From positions 24,669,821-24,733,820 of the forward strand of contig NC_092379.1 of NCBI RefSeq assembly GCF_030028105.1: a DNA stretch of 64,000 nucleotides, read 5' to 3'. A program made the translations under genes and the position numbers. This DNA comes from Mobula birostris (Eukaryota). Of this stretch, positions 1 through 8,249 are shown in pieces (within the stretch, counting starts at the first letter, position 1; every line of letters begins with the position of its first letter). The notes beneath the pieces are model-generated. The model searched no databases and was not told the DNA's origin. It was given only the letters and a program-made list of their open reading frames with translations.

Positions 1-660
1 CTACTGTCAAGGGGCACAGCCACCGGGGTACTCTCTATTACCTGACTCTTCTCCTTCCCCCTTCCAACCGTGACCCACTTGTCTGGCTCCCGTGGCCCCG
101 GTGTGCATACCTGCCTGTAAAACCTCTCTATCAACTCCTCACTCCCTCTGACAAGGCAAAGGTCATCGAGCTGCAGCTCCAGTTCCCTAACGCGGTCCCT
201 TAGGAGCTGCATCTCGGCGCACCTTGCGCAGATATCGACGTCCGGGAGACCTGTAGACTCCACGACCTCCCATATCCGGCACCCAGAACAACAATCTAAC
301 CTCACACTCATACTGCCCCTCTCCTCAAATAACAACAAAAGTTGAATACCAAACCCTCTCCGCCTCGCCCGTTTCCGCCTAAGCCCGTTGAGCCGAAGCC
401 CTTAAGCCTCCCTTTTGCTCCCGGCTCACTCCGAAGCCTGCAGACTCCGCAGCCCGCTGTTTCAGGCTCTGTTCCTTTTAAATCTTCCGGGCGTCATTGC
501 CCGACGTCACACGCTTGCGCAGTCCCGCCTGTCTGAACGCCGATGGAAATTAAAACGAAAAATTCAAAAATGGCTTCTTCCGCACTCCCGCTCCCATTCT
601 CAGACTTCCTTCTCCGAATTAAACCCGAAGCAGGATTTATGTCCTTTTAAACCCTTTGAA
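1..660 (-). mobile_element. 5' part (ORF1 start and 5' UTR) of a CR1 LINE inserted into a Chapaev-type transposon
   Basis: Clearly homologous to ~35950-36616, the 5' end of the near full-length CR1 at 32235-36616; same junction to TGCAGTCAGTGA at 661 as at 36617. Confidence 0.85.
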
Positions 661-1003
661 TGCAGTCAGTGATGAACACGGTGAAAAGTTTCACCAGGAC
701 TTTGCAACCATGGAGGAACGGTATCAGGGCAACTGGAATCAATTAATGCTGGCGGACTATTGTTGGACACTGACACGAGTGGCACCTGATACTGAGTACA
801 AAATCATCTGCAAAACATCTCATGCTCAGCTGAACTAACACAGTTTGTCAGCATTACTTTGCAATTAAACCTTTTAAATTCAATAAAAAAAAAATAATGT
901 TTATCCAAATTCTTACGGGATACAGCAAATCTGAAATTATTTTCTGTGTTCAGAATGACATTGTCTGTCATAATCTCTATTTTTTTTTCAGGAAGCAAAA
1001 CGT
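661..1003 (+). mobile_element. Chapaev-type (CMC superfamily) DNA transposon, 3' fragment, right terminus deleted
   Basis: ORF 656-838 AVSDEHGEKFHQDFATMEERYQGNWNQLMLADYCWTL matches the transposase C-terminus I recall for Chapaev3 elements; paralogous to 19895-20235. Family name is from memory, not a search. Confidence 0.75.
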
Positions 1004-1213
1004 ATTCGCCACAATCTATTTGTTGCGGTGGCGGTTGACAGGAGACTCTGTTGGAACTGAAAGTTCTTAGAAGTGTATTCATGTAATTAGCAGTGAGTTT
1101 CCCCGTTGGCCGATGTTGAGGACGGAACGTTAGGATTTAACATCTGCGTCATTTCGAATATGAAAGATTAGTGCAGGATTTTCAGCATCTTTTCTGCGGT
1201 CTTTGTGCTGGTA

Positions 1214-1252
1214 CATTTTTGTACTGCTCCTCTCATATTTTGAAACACTGTG
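1214..1252 (-). other. Second, free-standing 23-bp-spacer RSS downstream of supporting V-delta X1
   Basis: Minus strand: CACAGTG (1252-1246), 23-bp spacer, ACAAAAATG (1222-1214). Confidence 0.8.
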
Positions 1253-1269
1253 TAATCCACAACATTGAG

Positions 1270-1308
1270 GTTTTTTGTGCGTCTCGCTTCCTCATGTCTA
1301 TCACTGTG
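1270..1308 (-). other. 23-RSS of supporting V-delta X1
   Basis: CACAGTG (1308-1302), 23-bp spacer, ACAAAAAAC (1278-1270), abutting the V end CAISRRR. Confidence 0.95.
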
Positions 1309-1614
1309 CCCTTCGGCGACTGATGGCACATTGGTACAAAGCCGAGTCGCTCACTTGCAATTTCGAGATCTTTAAGATGCTGATTTTATTTTCCCGATCG
1401 ACAGAACCGAAGAAGTATCCTTCGGCAGCATTTTCCTGATCCTGATCTCCAGAGGTATGCGTCTGGAGCATAAATTCTGGAGGCTCTGCTTGGAGCTGCC
1501 GGTACCAGTGTATGGTGTATGGACAAAACCCAAAATATTCGCAGCTTAATGTGGCGACGTCATCAGAATAAGAAGATTGTAGAGAAGGACTCCTGGCCAC
1601 CAGGGATATAGGAT
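1309..1614 (-). CDS. TRDV: Leaderless supporting TCR-delta V exon of NAR-TCR cassette X1, intact
   Basis: Acceptor TTTTAAATTCCTTCAG, then an open frame (D)PISLVARSPSLQSSYSDDVATLSCEYFGFCPYTIHWYRQ...LKISKLQVSDSALYQCAISRRR. Canonical Cys/Trp/Cys, extra CDR1 Cys (1523-1525), no leader exon recognised between it and J, and splice phase matches the J donor. Confidence 0.9.
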
Positions 1615-2729
1615 CTGAAGGAATTTAAAAGAGGCATCACGATTAATATTGCTACTGGATTGGCCACGAATAGGAATAGGTGAAGTATTCATACCGGCTG
1701 GTTTCGTTCACAAAATGCCCAAAATGCTTTTCCTGCACTTGGGAATTGTTCCAGCGACTTTCTGCGCTGGAGAAATATTTGCTAGATGATGCAGGCGGAG
1801 AATGGAAATTAATAGGAGGAAAAGTGGAATGACTGCATAAAAATACTGGAATATGTGAAGCCATGGGAATTAATAAATAAAATGTAGAAACATTTGTGAA
1901 ATATTCTCAGAGAGCGAACACCCAGCGAGTTGGAGGATCTGGATGTTCTATTCTGAAAACTTCTACTTTTTTTTTTTCTTTCATGTTTGTAACGGAAAGA
2001 CAATTAGGAAATCTAACATTTTGGGTGCGCTGCTTAGATTTCCAGCATCAGCGGATTTCCGTTTGTATTCCTTTTCGCTGTGCCAAGCCATCCTCCTTTT
2101 TTTTAACACCAGGCAGTTTCCATATTTTTTTTTCTTTTCATTTCTGCTTGTTCTGCTTTTGCTGCATAAAGTATATATGCTGTCATCATAAAATATTCTC
2201 ACACAGTTTGACGGATTTCGCTTGCATTCCAGTTTACACTTAGGCGTCAGACTCAGTTGTAACTTGGCGTCTCCCCTCACTAATTACATCGGTAGCTTGT
2301 GCTTGATATATGAAAAAACAGCATCTTTAATTTTCCAGCCTGCAGTTTCTGAGGATCTATACTAAAACAATCACTGAGCGATGGACACCCCAGAGAAGTT
2401 CCATCAAACTTGATAGCCCTAGGTGCTGGCCCAAGATCAGTATTACTAGGCTGCCCCCAAAACAGCTCAGGCTAAATAAGTACACGCACTGCATATGAGA
2501 ATGATCCCCTGCGTCTCCTTTCGCACTGCCTAGTTACAGATATGCGCTGTTTTTACTTTTATGTTTACATTTCCTAAGACGAAGGTATGGCTGACAATCT
2601 AAGCGTATTATTTTGCATCAAGCCCAACATAGCTTCTATAGCGGAAAGATCAATCAAAGTTAAAATTTTCAGCTAAACTGCTCTAACATGCACATTCAAA
2701 AAGACCCTTCATAAAGTTGAAATACTCAC

Positions 2730-2787
2730 CGACTGCGACAGTGACTGTAGAGCCGGTTCCATCTTCATAGTAAGTTTCCCAGTAATA
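2730..2787 (-). CDS. NAR-TCR J segment X1, intact
   Basis: YYWETYYEDGTGSTVTVAV then G|GTGAGT phase-1 donor; IgNAR-like xGTG motif rather than FGxG/WGxG. Confidence 0.9.
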
Positions 2788-2826
2788 CACCGTGATCCGG
2801 CTCTTAATCTCTCTGGTACAAGAATC
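2788..2826 (-). other. 23-RSS of J X1
   Basis: Read outward from J: CACCGTG, 23-bp spacer, ACAAGAATC. Confidence 0.9.
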
Positions 2827-3127
2827 ATGCTCAACTCAGTTTATTCATCAGCAATCATTGGACAGCGTTGAAACATTCCAGACGTTTAAAACAAGAACAA
2901 CTGCATTCAGTGTTTCTCAAACACAATTGAAGCTACACATGAGAATTAATCTCTGTATAATAACCTCATTATAGTTTCCGTATGTGGGTTCCCTAAACTG
3001 CAGCAAATATCAAAAACTTCCCTGAAAGAGGTAAAAGAGAATGGAATTCAGCTGATCACTGTGCGAATGTAATGTGACATATGATTCTATTCCCTCACTC
3101 CGGAATATATACTTTAAAGGGGTTAGA

Positions 3128-3197
3128 CGTTTTTGTTCGGTTATCTTCCGTTGTGTGCATTCCAATATCCACACTGTTTCATGTCAAGTCCAAATTG
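3128..3197 (-). other. NAR-TCR D segment X1 (core 3156-3169, GATATTGGAATGCA) with 12/12 RSSs
   Basis: J-facing RSS CACAACG-12-ACAAAAACG (3155-3128); V-facing RSS CACACTG-12-TCCAAATTG (3170-3197, weak nonamer). All three frames open: DIGM, ILEC, YWNA. Confidence 0.85.
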
Positions 3198-3507
3198 CAG
3201 GAGACTGTTGGGCAGGAGAAAGCATCTTCCCAGCTGTTATTCCAGTTTCCATGCTATTGGAGCAGGGTCCCATCTGAAGGAGGAGATTGGGAAGGGGGAG
3301 GCTTATTCTCAGTTGCTGTTCACTGCACAGTTCCCGGGAAAGGTGGTTTTCCATGCAAATACAGAAGAGAAAATAACTAGTGTATGAACGGACAACAACC
3401 AGTCCCATTGCAAACTAGAATGTAGTGGACGCAGAGGAAGAACCTTCTGAAATTACCAGCATATGAACTCCGCTTCTTCAGATGTTGATGGGATATTTTC
3501 CATCTCC

Positions 3508-3545
3508 TGTTTGAGTACGGTTGTGATCCCTTTCCAAACACTGTG
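3508..3545 (-). other. 22-bp-spacer RSS of NAR V X1
   Basis: CACAGTG, 22-bp spacer TTTGGAAAGGGATCACAACCGT, ACTCAAACA. Confidence 0.9.
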
Positions 3546-3836
3546 TGCACCATTTATATTCAGCTTTACAATAATAGGTGGCACTGTCGTCAACTTCAAG
3601 ATTCATGATTTTCAGTGTAAATATCATTTCGGCGTCATTTTGCGCAATTATAAATCTCGTTCCTGTGGAGATCCGTTCCCATCCCGTTTTTCGTCGTGTT
3701 TGTTTGAAGAAATGTCCGGTTATAAACTTATAGGTTCCCTTCCATCCAGTACGGAAAGTGCATGTGATGGTCAGAGACTGGCATTCACTTTTCGTCACAG
3801 CTGTCGGGCTCTGGGTCACGGACTGGCTGAAGAAGA
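3546..3836 (-). CDS. IgNAR-like NAR-TCR V exon X1, intact
   Basis: Acceptor TTCTTAATTTCCAG; FFSQSVTQSPTAVTKSECQSLTITCTFRTGWKGTYKFITGHFFKQTRRKTGWERISTGTRFIIAQNDAEMIFTLKIMNLEVDDSATYYCKAEYKWC. Aligns to vNAR (TKETGESLTINC...ISKGGRY...LTVEDSGTYRCK) including the missing CDR2; FR1 Cys at 3781-3783. Confidence 0.92.
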
Positions 3837-3982
3837 CTGGAAATTAAGAATAGGGAGAAGCGAAACAGCATTAGATGTGACACACACAAGAGGGCAAACA
3901 CCATGACTTCAAGGATTCGGCATACACTAGTTCAGTTTCGTGTTTAAGTCGAATATTACGTAAATTTGTGAACGGTACTCAC

Positions 3983-4025
3983 GGTCAAAGCAGAGGCACA
4001 GTGCGACATACAAGAGAAATTTCAT
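3983..4025 (-). CDS. Leader exon of NAR V X1
   Basis: ATG start, MKFLLYVALCLCFD + 1 nt, GTGAGT donor; the 146-bp intron keeps frame with the V exon. Confidence 0.9.
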
Positions 4026-4029
4026 CGTT

Positions 4030-4285
4030 TCGTCTCCGAGTGTCAGATGGATTATGCAGCCGCTAGCGAGGCTACTGTGGTAGGTTCTTTCTCAGAACCG
4101 GGCAGAGACGCCTCAGCCGTTTTCTGTTCTAGATTTATTCAATTGCTTCACTGTTTCCGAATTATCTGTTGTGGGAAAAGCGTCAGATTTGATTACCAAT
4201 AGCTGTGGTTCCCTTTTCACACAATTTATTTGCAACTAATGAGAAAAAAAAAACAGGGGTACTGCGAAAAAGGAAATGACATAAT
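4030..4285 (-). promoter_or_regulatory. Putative NAR V promoter region
   Basis: Immediately 5' of the leader. Motifs shared with paralogs include TGTGGTT (4204-4210, RUNX consensus) and AAGGAAATGAC (4270-4280). Function is inferred. Confidence 0.45.
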
Positions 4286-5451
4286 ATGCAGTTGCTACCG
4301 TGAAATGAAGTTTCGCCCACATAACTGTGAGTGTCACAAGGTTGATAAACGTATCAGCAGACAGTTTCCAGATGTCTCCAAAGATTGAGACAACGAGATA
4401 AAGAAAGTCGAGGAAGCTGTTAGAAATGGAACAGGTGATTTGATGAGCACTGTGGAAGTCGGAAGCAAAGATGATGACATTGAAGACATCAGCAAGGGTA
4501 CATGAAGCAGCACCAGTTCAGTCGTCCATGTCGCATGAAGAAAAAAAAATGAGGAACGTTGAAACGCTACAATACAGTTTTTGAACATGGAGTGCTCTAC
4601 GCAAGGAACAAAATTATACTGGCTTTAGCGTTGGGTACATGTGTATTTCCACGGCTACGCGTTGGCTTTGGAAAAAGTGGGAGGACCCAGAATAATAAAA
4701 AAGAGAAAGAAATGCTCTGCGTGGGAGCCAGCTAATCAATGTTTTTTTTTTTTTGTTTTGTTTTGTTTTCTTACTCTATATTTGCGAGATAACATGTATG
4801 ATGCCCTTGGGTTATAGTCTGTCTATTTTCGCCGAATTTTATTTTCTGCACAGTCAACAATATTACTTGAATAACCAACAAACCCAGCATAATTGCAACA
4901 TAACTCTGAACAGATACTACAAAGTGCAGACTAGTTTTCAACGAGTTGTGCAGACATTGTTCTAAATATTATCATTATATTTATTATCGTTATTACATAT
5001 TTGTTAATTCTCATCTCAAGCTGTTAAAACGTCAGGGCCAGGTACGGCCAAACACGTGTATATGTCAGTTCCTGGAAACTTTCGATCTATTCTTATGGTG
5101 TTCCGTATTGTGACTTTCTGAAGACCTACATGGAGATTGCTCTACTTGCTTACTTGTTCAATAGTATAATGTACTGCCTTTGGGATTATACCAGCTGTAC
5201 ATATTACCATAAGTCAATGTGCAGTTGTTCATGTTTCAAAATCTTTACATTTCTTACTTTAATACAGCATATTATGGATTTTTTTTTCTCAGTTATTGAT
5301 TTGGATAGTATGTGTCTTTCGATCGGCTGTATCTATAGTTTAAGTTTCTCTTGCCTGTTTATCCCGTATTATTGTATGCAGACGATTATTATGGATTGTC
5401 TTCTGTGCAATAACTGATGCCTTAGAATATATATTTGTGCTATGCCTACTG

Positions 5452-5495
<44 letters not shown>
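5452..5495. repeat. (ATT)n microsatellite; paralogs at ~39503-39552 and ~58397-58433
   Basis: Directly visible at the same position in X1, X3 and X4. Confidence 0.95.
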
Positions 5496-6639
5496 CGTTA
5501 CACGTTACTTCAATCCAGCCAATTCCATCGCTCAGAAGCGGTTCATAAATCACCTCTGAACGAACCGACTATGAGGAATAATTTGTGGTGTCTCACCGGG
5601 TTACCAACCGACCAATCGAAGCAAGCTCCATGAGTGGCGATAGGCAACGGCGCAAGATTAAAGGGTAAATGATTTATTTAAATTATGAGGACTTGAAACA
5701 GTGCAGACAGACATGGAGGAATGGGTTCAGAAAAAGTGGAAGTACTTAGTGAGTAAAAAAAAACAATCTGAAAGAGAGAATGTTTAACTATATCGTAAAG
5801 AAATTCAGTAATAAGTTAAATTTGTTATTCTTTGTCCTTACGGCATTGCTGAACGGAGGACAAATATGGAACACTTTAGCACAGAGCAGATACAGATGGG
5901 CACTTAAACAAAATTAGCGGACTTTTTCCTTTTAAGAGAACTGGCACTAGCGCTGGGATTGCCACAAAGAGAATTTCCTGAGTTGTTCTACCTATTAGAC
6001 GGGCAGGCACCGTCAAACCCGAAAAGAAGTTTCAACCAGCAGTCAAAGTAGCTGCGACTGCTGCAAGTGTTACTCTTGACAGAGGTCCACGTGCAAACGA
6101 GGACAGTCAAGCGCATGATGGAAGAAACACAGCGTAACATTGTCAACGTGGAATTATTATAAAGTTAGCCTATCTTCAAAGAATTCTTTGAACAAAAACG
6201 CATGAATTAATATGAGAGCTAGAATGAAACCAACCTGAAGACTGCAACAATGCTATCCAATAAAGTAATGAGATGACACCACCCGAAGAGTTCACAGAAG
6301 TACAATTACTTCAGCAATTTTTCACAACCTGACGGTAATTCAAAACACAAAGGTAGAACTTTCACAGAATGTTGATGACGAATCTGAGCTTACAAGCAAA
6401 ATTAATACAGATAAAACAATTAATTCAAATACTAGAAGTATGTATATTTTTTTACAGATGAAAACCTGATCTTTCGGCGAGATAAGTAAAGAATATTTAA
6501 AAAAAAAACATAAAGCGAGTGGACTATATTAAAAACTGCAGGATACAATCGAAATTATGATTGAAAAGTAAAAAGACTAGTATGTAGTTGAGTATGTGGT
6601 AAAGAAGGAAAATACGATTTTGGCAATGTTCCAATTGGA

Positions 6640-7220
6640 ACAGAAAACACGGCGAAAACTCTGAGCATTATTAAGACACTAGTCAGGCTGCACTTAGATT
6701 ATTGCCAGCTGCTTTGGGCCCCGTATCTCACGAAATATGTGCCGTTATTTGAGAGAGCCCAGAGGAGGTTCAAAAATAAACATATGAGGAAGGTTTACAT
6801 TATTTACCCCTATACTCACTGGGATTCAGAACAAATGCGGGGTGATCTCATTTAAATCTTCCAAATATTGAAAGGCTAGATATCGAGAGGATATTTCTGA
6901 TGGTTGGTCTATTCGGAACTGGTGAGCCCCGCCTCAAAATTGAGGGGCGAACATTTAGAACAAAGATAAGGAGTGATCACCGAGGGGCGACCAGTTAGGG
7001 GAAAAAATAACCTAATGCCACAGACTGCAGTGGAAACCAAGTCCGTGCCTAAATTTACCGGTGAAGTTCATCGTTTCTGATCAGTCGGGGAATCAAAGGA
7101 TATCGCGAGAAGAAAGGTATATGGAGTTGAGTGGGATGCGAGATCAGCCATGGTGGGTTGGCGGAGCAGACACGATGGACTGATTGGTCTAATTCCACTC
7201 CTATGTTTTAGGTCTTAGTG
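6640..7220 (+). mobile_element. Degenerate CR1 LINE 3' fragment; paralogs ~40860-41630 and ~59740-60320
   Basis: AAGACACTAGTCAGGCTGCACTTAGATTATTG corresponds to the CR1 RT motif LVRPHLEYC; ends in a CR1-type tail CTCCTATGTTTTAGGTCTTA. Confidence 0.75.
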
Positions 7221-8249
7221 AATTGTTGGAGGGGCGGCACGTGGCGCAGGAAGGACCTTTGTCACGTTTCAATTGTATGTGAATAACTAATTCAATAACA
7301 AGGATTGGTTGGGAAAATCGCAAGTTCCGATGACAGTCTGTAGTTTTGACAGTTTCCTTTTATCTATGCCGTTATTCCACAATAGTGATACCTCATGATT
7401 AACATTCCTACCGCAAGCATCGTGTCACGAGCACGGACTTAATTGTGTAGAGACGTTCGTCATCCTGACAAGGAAATCGAATTAACTTGGAGATCTGTGG
7501 AATACTGAAATTAATGATGCGGAAGAGAAATATCCAAACCCATACTGAGGAAAGGTCAGTTGAGTAACACAGCATTGAACTTCTGGATGTTCATCCTGTC
7601 GTCGTGGTTCCTTTTCAGTGCGATGCAATTGCAGTACACTTCTGCTGGGCTGATTCAAAGCAAAATGCCTCACATGCAGTGAACAAACAAGAAAAGCTCT
7701 GTAAGGTCTGGATGCATGACTGAGTTCTCCGTTTTGTAGAATTCCACAATTTTTTTCGTACATTTGGTGGGAGGGAAATGCTGACAAGTACGTAATTCCT
7801 AAAAAGTAAAACATAATTTCCACGTATCACTGTACAAATATTGATCGATTCATGTCATTCAATTCGTCTTCATACTTGCCGCTGGTTTTCGGAGCAGTTT
7901 CGATATCTGCTGCTGAAAATTTCCAGCAATTGCAGAATTTATTCTGTCTAGGTTTGGTGTTTCTGAATCAACAAGATTTGATTAAGGAGCTTCCGGTAAA
8001 TTAACCTAAGTGTATTAGTAACCATAATACGATAGAAGTGTAGCAGTCAATTTAAGGTCACGAGAAATATATTCCGAAAGTTAATTTCATTCAATGTTGT
8101 CATGAACTTCTGGGAAAAAAAAAAATCCTGCATCTGGTTTTGTGTAGTGAGCTAGATTTGATGAAGAATCTTAAGGTAAAGAAACATTTTTAGGCAGTTG
8201 TGACAATACCATAATATTCTTCTACCAATTTGAGAGGGACAAGCTGATA

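Noticed and set aside
1198-1206. Near-consensus nonamer ACAAAGACC (minus strand) as a third RSS
   Set aside because: No heptamer at 12 or 23 bp; the nearest is 39 bp away.
1253-1285. Reading the gap between the two RSSs as a tiny D segment bounded by CACAACA
   Set aside because: No nonamer 12 or 23 bp beyond CACAACA, and X4 has CATAACA.
3057-3063. Perfect CACTGTG between D and J (also 56017-56023) as a second D RSS
   Set aside because: No nonamer at 12 or 22/23 bp in either direction, and no partner heptamer.
3478-3545. ORF read-through YYCKAEYKWCTQCLERDHNRTQTGDGKYPINI suggesting a germline-joined VDJ
   Set aside because: The extension is the translated heptamer, spacer and nonamer; separate D and J segments with RSSs lie downstream.
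3997-4003. CACAGTG inside the leader exon
   Set aside because: No acceptable nonamer; explained by the codons for ALC on the coding strand.
5442-5633. Poly-Tyr ORFs (also 39484 and 58378) and the poly-ERKK ORF at 11881
   Set aside because: Translations of microsatellites.
7482-7823. Minus-strand ORF with V-like words (LNQPS, CVTQLTFPQYGFGYF)
   Set aside because: No WYRQ or YYC spacing, no RSS, and the frame is not preserved in paralogs.
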